Assembly (NCBI GenBank): GCA_963805645.1
Contig: CAWDVA010000007.1
Coordinates: 131,104-195,103 of the forward strand
Origin: an uncultured Chloroflexia bacterium
Lineage (GTDB): Bacteria; Chloroflexota; Limnocylindria; QHBO01
Direction: 5' to 3'
Length of the DNA stretch: 64,000 nt
Part shown: positions 34,352-43,955 of the stretch, piece by piece
Numbering within the stretch: the stretch's first letter is position 1
How the letters are laid out: each line of letters begins with the position of its first letter
Position numbers and translations under genes: made by a program
The notes under the pieces: model-generated
Seen by the model: only the letters and a program-made list of their open reading frames with translations
Told to the model about the DNA's origin: nothing
Databases searched by the model: none

Positions 34352-34922
34352 CGACGGACGGCGCGGGCTCCTCGACGCGGGTGGTCGCCGCCGCAGCCTG
34401 GGCAGCATCGGCCGGCAGGGGCGGCAGGTCGTCCAGCGAGGTGAGCCCGAAGCGCTCCATGAAGGTGAAGGTCGTGCCGTACAGGATCGGGCGACCGGGC
34501 GTGTCGCGCCGCCCGACCTCCGAGATGAGCCGCCGATGGAGCAGCGAGCGCAGGACGTAGTCGGAGTCGACGCCCCGTACCCGCTCCACCTCGCCGCGGG
34601 TCACCGGCTGCCGGTAGGCGACGATGGCCAGCGCCTCGAGGGCTGCGGGGCTGAGGCGCGCCTCCTCGCGGGAGGCATAGGCGGCCAGGCGGGCGCCGAC
34701 CTCCGGGGCGGTGACCAGCTGCCAGGCGTCGTCGAGACGCTGGACCCGCAGCCCGCGCTCCGACACCTCGAGGTCCTCGGCAAGCGTCCCCAGGGCAGCC
34801 TCCGCGTGCAGGCGCGGCACGCCGGCCAGCTGGGCCAGCTCGGCGGTCGCCAGGGGCCGCTCGGCGATGAACAGCAGCGCCTCGAAGAAGGCGCCAAGGT
34901 CGTCCGGCATCGGCAGATCCAT
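34341..34922 (-). CDS. scpB: Segregation and condensation protein B.
   Basis: The product reads …FEALLFIAERPLATAELAQLAG…IVAYRQPVTRGEVERVRGVDSDYVLRSLLHRRLISEVGRRDTPGRPILYGTT…. Confidence 0.9.
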   Translation of the reverse strand: MDLPMPDDLGAFFEALLFIAERPLATAELAQLAGVPRLHAEAALGTLAEDLEVSERGLRVQRLDDAWQLVTAPEVGARLAAYASREEARLSPAALEALAIVAYRQPVTRGEVERVRGVDSDYVLRSLLHRRLISEVGRRDTPGRPILYGTTFTFMERFGLTSLDDLPPLPADAAQAAAATTRVEEPAPSVDAG

Positions 34923-35761
34923 CAGGCTTCCTCCCCGGGTGCGGCCACCGATTCGGCGCCCACCGGCTGGGCGGACGCCGGGCGCCCCGGCATCGGCTCG
35001 ATCAGGATGGGGCCGAAGATGCGGTCCTGGCGCACCTGGACCTGGCGTCGACGGACGAGCTCGAGCGCCGCGAGCACGGTCACCGCCGCCTCGGTGCGCG
35101 AGCGGCAGGTGGCCAGCACCGCCTGCAGCACCACCTTCCCGGAGGCCGACAGCGCCGCGCGCAGCGCGCGGATCTGCATCCCGATGGTGATCTCGCGGGC
35201 CACGACCCCCGGTGGCGGCGGCTCGGGCTCGGCCACGGCGGCCAGCTGTTCCAGGGCCTCCACCAGCAGCGCCACGGGGAGCGGCGGCATCGGCGCCTCG
35301 GGTAGGTCCGCCTCGCGCGGCTCGCGGCGCATCACCGGGGCAACCAGGTCCCGGGCCCCCAGGCTCACCGCGGCGTCGCGCAGGGCGCGATACTCGATGA
35401 GCCGGCGACGCAGCTCCTCCTCGTCGGGCTCATCCGCCTCCTCTCCGACCGACGGTAACGGCTCGCCGGGGAGCAGGCGCCGGGACTTGAGCAGGATCAG
35501 CTGGGCGGCGATCGCGACGAAGTCGGACAGGTTGCGGGCGTCCACCGGGTTCGTGGCGAGGTGGGCCACGTACGCGTCGGCGAGCTCGGCGAGGGGGACG
35601 GTCAGGACATCGAGCTGCCGTGATTCGATGAGGTGCAGGAGGAGCTGCAGCGGTCCCTCGAAGACATCGAGCCGCACCTCGAAGGCGGCGGCATCGGCGC
35701 CTCCCGGCCCGACCGGCACCGCGACCATCTCGGCGGCCGGGACGACGGGGATCGGCTCCAT
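34922..35761 (-). CDS. scpA: Segregation and condensation protein A.
   Basis: The product reads …FEVRLDVFEGPLQLLLHLIESRQLDVLTVPLAELADAYVAHL…. Its stop overlaps the scpB start. Confidence 0.85.
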   Translation of the reverse strand: MEPIPVVPAAEMVAVPVGPGGADAAAFEVRLDVFEGPLQLLLHLIESRQLDVLTVPLAELADAYVAHLATNPVDARNLSDFVAIAAQLILLKSRRLLPGEPLPSVGEEADEPDEEELRRRLIEYRALRDAAVSLGARDLVAPVMRREPREADLPEAPMPPLPVALLVEALEQLAAVAEPEPPPPGVVAREITIGMQIRALRAALSASGKVVLQAVLATCRSRTEAAVTVLAALELVRRRQVQVRQDRIFGPILIEPMPGRPASAQPVGAESVAAPGEEA

Positions 35762-35771
35762 CTCCACCACC

Positions 35772-36257
35772 TCAGCTCGCATCGTCCGCGCGCTGCAGCG
35801 CGGCGGCCAGGGCGGCATCGGACGGTAGCGCGCGCCCGGCGATGAAGGTCACCGTCCGCTCCGAAAGGCCGGCCTCGCGGGCCAGGCGTGCGGAGAGCTC
35901 GCCGTGGTGCAGGTACAGGTGCCAGGGATAGCCACGCGACCCGGGATCGGGCGTTGCCAGCCTGGCGAGGATGCGTGGGCTGACCGTCTCGAGCAGCACG
36001 CCGCCGACACGGTGCCACAGGCGGAGCCGGTGACCCTTGGCGCCGTCGTGCACCAGCGCCGCGGCCAGGACCTCGCGATCGTCGACACCGGCGGCGAGAA
36101 GCCGGTGCACGACATCGAGCCCGTGGCGCCGGTCCGCGACGGGCATCCCGTCGAACAGGGGCCAGGCGGTGGCGGGCAGGACCCGACGCGCGAGCGCCGC
36201 CTCGTCCGGGGCGACCCGGGCCGTGAGATGGCCGACGAACTGGGCGACCCTATGCAC
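35772..36257 (-). CDS. Putative HD-domain phosphohydrolase.
   Basis: The HD motif appears in …AALVHDGAKGHRLRLWHRVG, followed by …YPWHLYLHHGELSA. The GTG start at 36257 overlaps the stop of the upstream M50 gene by 8 nt. Confidence 0.45.
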   Translation of the reverse strand: MHRVAQFVGHLTARVAPDEAALARRVLPATAWPLFDGMPVADRRHGLDVVHRLLAAGVDDREVLAAALVHDGAKGHRLRLWHRVGGVLLETVSPRILARLATPDPGSRGYPWHLYLHHGELSARLAREAGLSERTVTFIAGRALPSDAALAAALQRADDAS

Positions 36258-36879
36258 CGACGAACAGCCTGGCGACCGACGAGGCGACGTCGAAGAGCAC
36301 GCCCAGCGGGCCACCGCCGGGAGTGTTGGTGAGCACCACAAGCAGGAGGAGGACCAGGATCCCGTACTGGGCATAGCGCTGCACCGAGAAGACCTGCTGG
36401 ACAGGGAGGAAGGCGAGCACGAAGTTGTAGCCGTCGAGCGGCGGGATCGGCAGCAGGTTGAAGAAGGCCAGGATCACGTTGAGCAGGACGATGACCCACA
36501 GGATGTCGGTCAGCCAGATGACCGGGTCGCCGGCGAGGATCAGAACGCGGTACACGATCGCGAAGGCCAGGGCCACGACAAGGTTGGTCAGCGGCCCCGC
36601 GGCGGAGACCCAGGCCATCGAGCGGCGTCCGCCACGCAGGCCATACACGTTGACCGATACCGGCCTCCCCCATCCGAAGCCGGCGATGATGAAGAAGACG
36701 GCCCCCAGCGGGTCGATGTGGCGCGCCGGGTTCAGCGAGATGCGGCCCATGGCCCGCGGCTGGTGGTCTCCGAAGCTGTCGGCCACGAAGGCGTGGCTGA
36801 ACTCGTGGCAGGTGATGCCCACCACCAGCGCCACCGCCACACCGACGATCCAGATGGGGTCCGGGTTGCCGAAGATCAT
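36250..36879 (-). CDS. Site-2 protease family (M50) small membrane metalloprotease.
   Basis: The product carries the HEFSHAFVADSFGD (HExxH) motif, …NLLPIPPLDG… and five to six TM helices. Confidence 0.8.
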   Translation of the reverse strand: MIFGNPDPIWIVGVAVALVVGITCHEFSHAFVADSFGDHQPRAMGRISLNPARHIDPLGAVFFIIAGFGWGRPVSVNVYGLRGGRRSMAWVSAAGPLTNLVVALAFAIVYRVLILAGDPVIWLTDILWVIVLLNVILAFFNLLPIPPLDGYNFVLAFLPVQQVFSVQRYAQYGILVLLLLVVLTNTPGGGPLGVLFDVASSVARLFVGA

Positions 36880-37766
36880 GCCGCCAGCTCCGGCAGGAGC
36901 TCGCGCAGGACACGGGTGAGCCGTTCGGCGCCGATGGGGCCCATCCGGAGGACCTCCTCGTGGGTCACGCCGTGCTCGACGTCATCGGTCGCCTTGTTCG
37001 TGACCAGGCTGAAGCCCAGGACCCGGGCGCCGGCATGTCGGGCCACGAGCACCTCGGGAACCGTGCTCATCCCCACGGCGTCCCCGCCCAGGGTGCGCAG
37101 CATCCGCATCTCGGCGCGCGTCTCGTAGCTGGGCCCGGAGAGCATGATGTAGACGCCCTCGCGCAGCTCCACGCCGCCGCGGACCGCTGCCGAGCGCGCC
37201 CGGGCGCGAAGCTCGGCGTCGAAGGCATCCGCCATGGGCACGAACCGCGGCCCCAGGTCGTCGAGGTTCGGGCCGAAGAGGGGATTGTCCCCCGACAGGT
37301 TGATGGTGTCCGCGATCAGCATCACGTCGCCGGCGTCGAATGCGGGATCCAGGCCACCTGAGGCATTCGTGAGCACGACGGTATCGGCCCCGAGCGAGAG
37401 GCAGGCACGGAGCAGGATGGTGACCTCGCGATGCGAGTAGCCCTCGTAGGGATGGGCACGACCGGACAGGATCAGCGCGGGCGTCCCGGCGGCCATCCCG
37501 GCGACCAGCTCTCCGGCATGGCCCTCGACCCGGCCGACCGGGACATGCGCGATGTCGCCGTATGGGACGCGGATGCGGGGCCCCGGCTCGAGGAGCTCCA
37601 CCACGCCGCCCAGCCCGCTGCCGAGGACGAAGACGAGGCGCGGTCGGGCAAGGGCCGGAACGGTAGCCAGGCGGTCGCGAATCGAGTCCGCCGCCTCCGC
37701 GATCCGGCGCTCGAGCTCTGCGCCGTAGATCCCGTCCGGCAGCGCGCCGAGGCGTGCCGCCGGCAT
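36876..37766 (-). CDS. Purine nucleoside phosphorylase (trimeric PNP/PunA type).
   Basis: The product reads …LVFVLGSGLGG…HAGELVAGMAAGTPALILSGRAHPYEGY…VLTNASGGL…GPSYETRAEMRMLRTLGGDAVGMSTVPE…. Confidence 0.85.
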   Translation of the reverse strand: MPAARLGALPDGIYGAELERRIAEAADSIRDRLATVPALARPRLVFVLGSGLGGVVELLEPGPRIRVPYGDIAHVPVGRVEGHAGELVAGMAAGTPALILSGRAHPYEGYSHREVTILLRACLSLGADTVVLTNASGGLDPAFDAGDVMLIADTINLSGDNPLFGPNLDDLGPRFVPMADAFDAELRARARSAAVRGGVELREGVYIMLSGPSYETRAEMRMLRTLGGDAVGMSTVPEVLVARHAGARVLGFSLVTNKATDDVEHGVTHEEVLRMGPIGAERLTRVLRELLPELAA

Positions 37767-38576
37767 CTACATCCGCTCCAATATGTCGCGCTTCTTGGCC
37801 TCGTACTCCTCCGGTGTGATGAGCCCTCGGTTCCGGAGGTCGGCGAGCCGCTCGAGCGTCGTGGCAAGCTCCTGGCTTCCCCCTGCGGCGGGAGCGGCGG
37901 CCGAGGGGGCAGGTGGCTGCGCGGCGGGCGACTGGCCACCGGGCGCCGCAGGGCCCTGCTCGAACGGCGGACTAACCTGGACCCGGTCGGATCCTGCCCG
38001 CGGGGGCATGGGCTCAGCGCGCTGCATCGGCGGCGGCGGCGACGGCCGCTGCGCCGCGGGTCGGGCCAGCTCCGGCCGCTCCAGGAGCTCCTTCTGGTTG
38101 AGCATGGCGATCTTGAACTCGACCGCATCGGCCATCATCGGGAAATCGTCGACGGCCCCCGGTTGATCCGATGCGGTCATGATGTCGAGGTGCCCGAAGC
38201 CGAACATGCGGCCGAGCCAGCTCTGGGTCAGGTGGGCGTCGTTGATCATCTCCAGGCTCGAGTCGCCCATGGTCTTGTTGAAGATCCCCTCCGCCTTGAT
38301 CACCCGGCGCGTCGTCACCATGTACTCCTGGTTCTGCCAGGCCCAGATGAACAGGCCGATGCGCACCCCGGAACCGAGGAGGACCACGAGGCCGATCACC
38401 TGCAGCAGCCCGCGCAGGGCCCAGTCGTTCACGGAGGTCTGCCAGATCACCACCGCCAGGGCGATGACGGCGAGCAGGGCGTACAGCCAGACCTGGGCGA
38501 ACACCGCGAACCAGTGCTGCCTCGTCTCGAAGACGATCTCCTCGCCCCGGCTGAGCAGGTTTCGTGTGTAACTCAT
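37767..38576 (-). CDS. Membrane-anchored bacterial PH (bPH_2/YdbT-like) domain protein with a C-terminal SHOCT domain.
   Basis: The protein has two N-terminal TM helices and a PH-like segment (…YMVTTRRVIKAEGIFNKTMGDSSLEMINDAHLTQSW…). A Pro/Ala-rich linker is followed by …LERLADLRNRGLITPEEYEAKKRDILERM (SHOCT). Confidence 0.7.
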   Translation of the reverse strand: MSYTRNLLSRGEEIVFETRQHWFAVFAQVWLYALLAVIALAVVIWQTSVNDWALRGLLQVIGLVVLLGSGVRIGLFIWAWQNQEYMVTTRRVIKAEGIFNKTMGDSSLEMINDAHLTQSWLGRMFGFGHLDIMTASDQPGAVDDFPMMADAVEFKIAMLNQKELLERPELARPAAQRPSPPPPMQRAEPMPPRAGSDRVQVSPPFEQGPAAPGGQSPAAQPPAPSAAAPAAGGSQELATTLERLADLRNRGLITPEEYEAKKRDILERM

Positions 38577-38603
38577 GGGCTCCGCTCCGTGAGGGCCGAC
38601 CAG

Positions 38604-39515
38604 TCAGGCGCGCGGATGCGACCGCGCATAGATCTCGCGCACTCGCTCACCCGTCAGGTGCGTGTAGAGCTGGGTGGTGGTGATGCTAGCATGGCCAAGC
38701 AGGGCCTGGACCACGCGCAGGTCGGCTCCTCCCTCGAGCAGATGGGTGGCGAAGCTGTGCCGGAAGGTGTGCGGGGTGACCCGCTCCCCGATACCCGCCT
38801 CCGCGCTCCAGCGCTGCACGATGCGCCACACCGCCTCGCGTCCGAGCCGCCGTCCACGCTGGCTCACGAAGACCGCCGGCGTCGGCCGTCCGGCCGTCCA
38901 GGTCACCCGGGGTCCTGACAGGTAGCGCGCAATCCGATCGCGCGCGGGCTCCCCCATCGGCACCCGGCGCTCCTTGTTCCCCTTTCCGATCACCCGCACC
39001 CCGAGCGCCGGCAGGTCGAGCCGGTCGAGGTCGAGCCCCGTGAGCTCGCTGACCCGCAGCCCGCAGGCATACAGCAGCTCCATGATGGCCGCATCGCGGA
39101 TTCCCGCCGGGTCGTCGTGGGGGGGTGCTCCCAGGATCGCTGCCACCTGGTCCGGCGCCAGGACGTCGGGGAGGTAGGCGCCGGGGCGCGGCGCCTCCAG
39201 GAGGGCTCCCACGTCGCGAGCCGCCAGTCCCTCCCGCAGCGCAAAGCCGTAGAAGGCCCGAATCGCCGCTGCCTTGCGTGCCAGCGTGGTCCCGCGACGC
39301 CCGGCCCGCCGCAGCGTCGCCAGGAACCGGCGAGCCGGCTCGGGGTCGTCGCGCCAGCCGGCGTCACCCGCGGACGCGGCGAACTGGTCCAGGTCACGCC
39401 GGTAGGCCGCGATGGTCAGCGGGGAGAGGCCGCGCTCCACGCGCAGCTCCAGGAGGAAGCTCTCGATGGCCGTCGAGAGCGACGCGGCGGGCACCGCCAA
39501 TGGCGTCGTGGCCAC
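38604..39515 (-). CDS. xerD: Site-specific tyrosine recombinase XerD (chromosome dimer resolution).
   Basis: The core-binding and catalytic motifs are …RDAAIMELLYACGLRVSEL…HTFRHSFATHLLEGGADLRVVQALLGHASITTTQLYTH (R…HxxR…Y). The gene sits in a conserved neighbourhood with recN, nadK and scpAB. Confidence 0.85.
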   Translation of the reverse strand: MATTPLAVPAASLSTAIESFLLELRVERGLSPLTIAAYRRDLDQFAASAGDAGWRDDPEPARRFLATLRRAGRRGTTLARKAAAIRAFYGFALREGLAARDVGALLEAPRPGAYLPDVLAPDQVAAILGAPPHDDPAGIRDAAIMELLYACGLRVSELTGLDLDRLDLPALGVRVIGKGNKERRVPMGEPARDRIARYLSGPRVTWTAGRPTPAVFVSQRGRRLGREAVWRIVQRWSAEAGIGERVTPHTFRHSFATHLLEGGADLRVVQALLGHASITTTQLYTHLTGERVREIYARSHPRA

Positions 39516-39520
39516 CCGGC

Positions 39521-41179
39521 TCAGCCCCCCGCAGCGCGCAGGAGCGCCTCCGCCGTGGCCCTCGCCTCGTCCCCGGCTCCCTCGCCGGCGAGCATCGCGG
39601 CCAGCTCGTCCGCACGCTCCGCGCCGTCCAGCACCCGCGCGTCGGTGTACGTTCGGCCCTCCTCCACCCGTTTGCCCACGTGGATGTGGAGGCTGGCGTG
39701 GGCCGCGACCTGGGGCAGGTGCGTGACACAGATCACCTGGTGGAAGGCGGCGAGCGCCTGGAGCCGCTCGCCGAGCGCGCCGGCGTTCCGACCGCCGATC
39801 CCGGCGTCGACCTCGTCGAAGATCAGTACCGGCGTCTCGTCCGCGGTCGCCAGGACCACCTTGAGCGCGAGCGACAGGCGGCTCGCCTCGCCGCCGGACG
39901 CGATGCGTGCCATGGGCCGGGGCGGCTCTCCGGGGTTGGGCGCGAACCGGAACTCCACCCAGTCGCCGCCGTTTGGTCCGATCTCGCTGGGCGTGACCTC
40001 GATCCCGAAGGCGCCGTCCGGCAGGCCCAGCGGCGGCAGCTCCGCGTTCACCCGCGCGCCCAGCGCCTCCGCGGCGCTCCGGCGCGCTGCGCGAAGGGTC
40101 TCCGCTGCCTCGTTCAACCTCGCGACGGCCGCCTGCTCGTCCCGCCGCAGCTGCTCGCGCAGGGTGTCCTGGTGCTCCAGCCGCTCCAGCTCCTCGGACG
40201 CCGCCTCGCCAAACGCGACCACCGCGCCCATCGACTCGCCGTACTTGCGTTTCAGGTCGTAGATCAGCCCCAGGCGCTCCTCCATGGATGCGCGGGTGGC
40301 CGGGTCGACCTGCAGCTGCTCGCCCAGCGCCACGATGTCACGCCCCAGCTCCGTGGCCTCGGCGACCGTCCCGCGTCCGCGCTCCGCAAGCTCCACGAAG
40401 CGCGGGTCGTGCGCGGCCGCGGACTCGAGCTGGCCCAGCGCCGCCCGCAGGCCGTCGAGCGCTCCTCCGTCGCGCTGCAGGATGCGGACCGCATCGCCCG
40501 CCGCGCGAATCACCGCCTCCAGGTTCTGGACTGCCTTGAGGCGCGCGGCCAGGGCCACGTCCTCGTCGGGCTGGAGCTTGGCGCCGGTGATCTCCGCCAC
40601 CTGGAACCGCAGCAGGTCCGTCCGTCGCTGCAGCTCTCGCGGGTCAGTGACAAGCTCCTCGGCCTGCGCGGTGACGGAGCGCCACTCCCGCCAGGCCTCC
40701 GCAACCGCCAGCACGAGCTCTCCGTGACCGCCAAAGCGATCGAGGAGGGATCGCTGCCGATCCGCGGAGAACAGGCGCTGGTGCTCGTGCTGCCCGTGGA
40801 TCTCTGCCAGGCGCGATCCGAACGCGGCCAGGGCGCCCACCGTGACGGTGCGATCGTTCACCCGGGCCAGCGAGCGGCCGTCGGCGTTCACCTCCCGGCT
40901 CACGATCAACATCCCGTCGTTGAGATCCACCAGCTCGTCGAGGGGATCGTCAGGGTCGCGGGGCACCTCGTCGAAGATCGCCTCGACCCGCAGCGTCGCG
41001 GCACCGGTACGGACCAGCTCGCTGGTGCCGCGCGCACCGAGGGCCAGGGCCAGGGCGTCGACCACCAGTGACTTGCCGGCGCCGGTCTCGCCGGTGACCA
41101 CAACGAACCCGCGGTCGAGCGTGAGCCGCACGGACTCGATGACCGCGAGGTTGGTGACCGCCAGCTCGATGAGGGGCAT
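39521..41179 (-). CDS. recN: DNA repair protein RecN.
   Basis: The Walker A motif is VVTGETGAGKSLVVDAL. A long coiled-coil follows, and the C-terminal signature reads …LSGGEASRLSLAL…IFDEVDAGIGG…. Confidence 0.9.
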   Translation of the reverse strand: MPLIELAVTNLAVIESVRLTLDRGFVVVTGETGAGKSLVVDALALALGARGTSELVRTGAATLRVEAIFDEVPRDPDDPLDELVDLNDGMLIVSREVNADGRSLARVNDRTVTVGALAAFGSRLAEIHGQHEHQRLFSADRQRSLLDRFGGHGELVLAVAEAWREWRSVTAQAEELVTDPRELQRRTDLLRFQVAEITGAKLQPDEDVALAARLKAVQNLEAVIRAAGDAVRILQRDGGALDGLRAALGQLESAAAHDPRFVELAERGRGTVAEATELGRDIVALGEQLQVDPATRASMEERLGLIYDLKRKYGESMGAVVAFGEAASEELERLEHQDTLREQLRRDEQAAVARLNEAAETLRAARRSAAEALGARVNAELPPLGLPDGAFGIEVTPSEIGPNGGDWVEFRFAPNPGEPPRPMARIASGGEASRLSLALKVVLATADETPVLIFDEVDAGIGGRNAGALGERLQALAAFHQVICVTHLPQVAAHASLHIHVGKRVEEGRTYTDARVLDGAERADELAAMLAGEGAGDEARATAEALLRAAGG

Positions 41180-41188
41180 GGGTTCGGC

Positions 41189-42034
41189 TCAGTACGGCAG
41201 GAGGGCGGCCTTCGTACGCAGAAGGTCGTAGAACGAGGTGCTGCCGGTCGGCTCGATGAGCCGAAGGGGCTCGGGCAGGGCCCTGACCTCGACGCGGTCG
41301 CCGGGATGGATCGGCAGGTCGGTCTGGCCGTCGACCGAGACGATGGCGCCGTCGTGGGTCCCCTGCAGGGTCAGGGTCACGACCTGGTCCTCCCCCGCCA
41401 CGACCGAGTGCAGCGGAGAGAGATAGCTGGCGACCGGGGTGATGATCATGTTCCGCAGCCGCGGGTCCAGGATCGACCCACCGGCGCTGAACGAGTAGGC
41501 CGTTGAGCCGGTGGGGGTCGCCACCACCACGCCATCGGCCACGTAGGTCGCCAGGTGGCTCCCCGACACGTCCACCTCCACCTGGATCACCCGGACCCGT
41601 GACCCACGGGCCACCACCACCTCGTTGAGGCAGGCGTGCTCGGCCCGGCTGCCATCGGCGCGGAGCAGGGTGGCCGCGATCCGGAAGCGGTCCACGACGG
41701 TGTAGTCCCCCGCTGCGACCTGCTCGAGCGCATGCTCGAGGTCCGCGGTCTCCACCTTGGCCAGGAAGCCGATGCGTCCCAGGTTGACGCCCAGGGCCGG
41801 AACCCGCGTGCCCCCGATGGCGTACGCCGTGCGCAGGAAGGTGCCATCACCGCCCAGGACGCACACCAGGTCCGTGCCGGGACACGCCGCGCTGATCTCA
41901 TCGGTGGCATCGGCCGGGAAGTCCCAGGCGGTCACCCCATGCTCGTCGCACCACGCCCGACCGCGGGCAAGGGTGTCATCCGCGGCCTCGTTGTACGGGT
42001 TCAGGACGAACCCCATGCGCCCGATGGCGGCCAT
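41189..42034 (-). CDS. nadK: NAD kinase.
   Basis: The product shows the GDGTFL motif (VLGGDGTFLRTA), …NLGRIGFL… and …NEVVV…. Confidence 0.9.
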   Translation of the reverse strand: MAAIGRMGFVLNPYNEAADDTLARGRAWCDEHGVTAWDFPADATDEISAACPGTDLVCVLGGDGTFLRTAYAIGGTRVPALGVNLGRIGFLAKVETADLEHALEQVAAGDYTVVDRFRIAATLLRADGSRAEHACLNEVVVARGSRVRVIQVEVDVSGSHLATYVADGVVVATPTGSTAYSFSAGGSILDPRLRNMIITPVASYLSPLHSVVAGEDQVVTLTLQGTHDGAIVSVDGQTDLPIHPGDRVEVRALPEPLRLIEPTGSTSFYDLLRTKAALLPY

Positions 42035-42318
42035 CAGGCCCCCGCATCGCCGGACGGCGGGGCAGCGTCAGCGGTGAGAGTGGCGACGGAATCGGAGATG
42101 CCGGAGGCAAGGCGTTCGGCGATCTCGTCGACGCGCCGGCGAAGCGCGGCAAGCTCCGTTGCCATGTCCGGCTCCGTGACCGCGGCATACGAGCGGTCCA
42201 GGCCGGCCGCGATCAGGGCCCGCATCAGGCTCGACGGGGAAACACCGCGCGACCGCGCGGCAGCCTCGACCCGCTCAAGCAGCGCATCGGGCATGCGCAG
42301 CGATACGATCTGGCGCAT
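42034..42318 (-). CDS. Small ribbon-helix-helix (CopG-like) domain protein.
   Basis: MRQIVSLRMPDALLERVEAAARSRGVSPSSLMRALIAAGLD fits the RHH pattern of a beta-strand followed by two helices. The ORF ends where nadK starts. Confidence 0.4.
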   Translation of the reverse strand: MRQIVSLRMPDALLERVEAAARSRGVSPSSLMRALIAAGLDRSYAAVTEPDMATELAALRRRVDEIAERLASGISDSVATLTADAAPPSGDAGA

Positions 42319-42439
42319 CGTGTCGGCCGCCGGCTCGTGGGGCTGTGGCTCCGGCTCCAGACCCTCGAAGACGCTCAGCTGCTCGACGCGCTGCGGTCGC
42401 TCCCTCCGCTTCACGTGCTGCATCGTAGTACGCGGCGTG

Positions 42440-43231
42440 TCAGCCCGATGCCATCGTCAGCGCATCCACCGCATCGGACCACGCCCGCGCCACCTTCGCC
42501 GAACCGGCCGCAAGGAGGGCCAGGAACTCCACGTTGCCCTCTGCGCCGGTGATCGGCGAGCGCATCAGGGCACGCGGCTCGAAGCCCGCCTGGCGCGCGT
42601 CGGCGGCAACAGCGTGCAGCACGCTGCGATGGACCGCGGGGTCGCGAACCACGCCGCCGCGCGGAACGGCCCCTCGCCCGGCCTCGAACTGGGGCTTCAC
42701 CAGGGCCACCACGCGGGCATCCACCGCGAGGAGCCGCCGCACCGCGGGCAGCACCAGGCCCAGGGAGATGAAGGACAGGTCGAGCGTTGCCAGCTCGATC
42801 GGCTCGGGCAGCGCGGTGAGCGTCCGCAGGTTGGTCCGGTCCATGACCACCACCCGCGGGTCCGTCCGCAACCGTTCGATGAGCTGGCCGCGGCCGACGT
42901 CCACCGCGTACACGATCCGCGCCTCGCGCGCGAGGAGCACGTCCGTGAACCCCCCGGTCGATGCACCCGCATCCAGGCACGCCAGGCCGCGTGGATCCAC
43001 CGCGAAGGTGTCGAGCGCGGCGGCGAGCTTCTCGCCCCCGCGAGACGCCCACCGTGGCCTGCGGACCACCTCGATCTCGACGTCGTCCGGCACCGGTTGG
43101 CCGGGCTTCAGATGCCTCCCGGGGGCACCCGCCATGCGCACCTCGCCGGCCAGGATCCGCGCCTGCGCCTCCGATCGCGACGCGGCCAGACCGCGTGCCA
43201 CCAGCAGCTGGTCCAGGCGCTGGCGGGTCAC
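42440..43231 (-). CDS. tlyA: TlyA-family 16S/23S rRNA (cytidine-2'-O)-methyltransferase.
   Basis: An N-terminal S4 domain (RLDQLLVARGLAASRSEAQARILAGEV) precedes the FtsJ fold (…CLDAGASTGGFTDVLL…DLSFISL…). Confidence 0.85.
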   Translation of the reverse strand: MTRQRLDQLLVARGLAASRSEAQARILAGEVRMAGAPGRHLKPGQPVPDDVEIEVVRRPRWASRGGEKLAAALDTFAVDPRGLACLDAGASTGGFTDVLLAREARIVYAVDVGRGQLIERLRTDPRVVVMDRTNLRTLTALPEPIELATLDLSFISLGLVLPAVRRLLAVDARVVALVKPQFEAGRGAVPRGGVVRDPAVHRSVLHAVAADARQAGFEPRALMRSPITGAEGNVEFLALLAAGSAKVARAWSDAVDALTMASG

Positions 43232-43677
43232 GGCCCCTCGCGCAGGCGCTTCTCGAAGATGAGCGAGCGTTTGAGCAGCGAGTATCCCTCCCGCTCGTAG
43301 AAGCGGTGAGCGCGCTCGCGGGTGACCCGCGAGGCAACGATCATGCGCTCGACCCCGCGTTCCCGCGCCCAGCCTTCCGCGGCGAGCAGCAGCGTCCGAC
43401 CGATGCCGTTGCTGCGCTCCATCTGCGTGACCACCAATCCCATCAGCTGGGCCGAGGCGACCTCCAGCACGGAGGGCTTGAGCGCGACATGCGCCCAGCC
43501 GACCAGGCGGCCACGGTCCTCCGCCACGAGGAGGGCGTCGGCGTCCGACTCCACCAGTGCGGCGAGACGGCGGGTCACCTCGTCGGCCGACGAGGGGTAG
43601 CCCAGCTCACCGTTGAGCGCGGCGATGGCCGCCGCATCCGCCAGGCTCGCACCGCGAATGGCGGGCGCGGCGATCAT
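43228..43677 (-). CDS. GNAT-family N-acetyltransferase.
   Basis: The acetyl-CoA binding motif is …LVVTQMERSNGIGRTLLLAAEGWA…. Both ends of the gene overlap its neighbours by 4 nt. Confidence 0.75.
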   Translation of the reverse strand: MIAAPAIRGASLADAAAIAALNGELGYPSSADEVTRRLAALVESDADALLVAEDRGRLVGWAHVALKPSVLEVASAQLMGLVVTQMERSNGIGRTLLLAAEGWARERGVERMIVASRVTRERAHRFYEREGYSLLKRSLIFEKRLREGP

Positions 43678-43955
43678 TCCGAGCCGCCCGCGGTCCCGGG
43701 TCCGTCGTCCATAGACTCCGCGGCAGGGGTCTCGCCGGCGCCCCGTCCCAGGTCGGCGATCGCCAGCTCCGCGCGTTGCAGGCGTACCTCGCAGGCCGCA
43801 TGCAGGCGCAGCCCCTCGCGGTACAGCTCAATGGACTCCTCGAGCCCGGCATTGCCGCTCTCGAGCTTGGCGACGATCCGTTGGAGCTCCGTGACCAGCT
43901 CATCGAACGGTCGCTCCGCGAGCTGATCGTCGGTCATCCGTGTCAAGTCGGTCAT
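43674..43955 (-). CDS. xseB: Exodeoxyribonuclease VII small subunit.
   Basis: The product reads …FDELVTELQRIVAKLESGNAGLEESIELYREGLRLHAACEVRLQRAE…. Confidence 0.8.
   Translation of the reverse strand: MTDLTRMTDDQLAERPFDELVTELQRIVAKLESGNAGLEESIELYREGLRLHAACEVRLQRAELAIADLGRGAGETPAAESMDDGPGTAGGSE

Noticed and set aside
38604-39515. XerD considered as an integrase of a mobile element.
   Set aside because: It has the full XerD core motifs and sits in the conserved recN-nadK / scpAB neighbourhood typical of the chromosomal dif-resolution recombinase. It is not next to the tRNA or the IS remnant.
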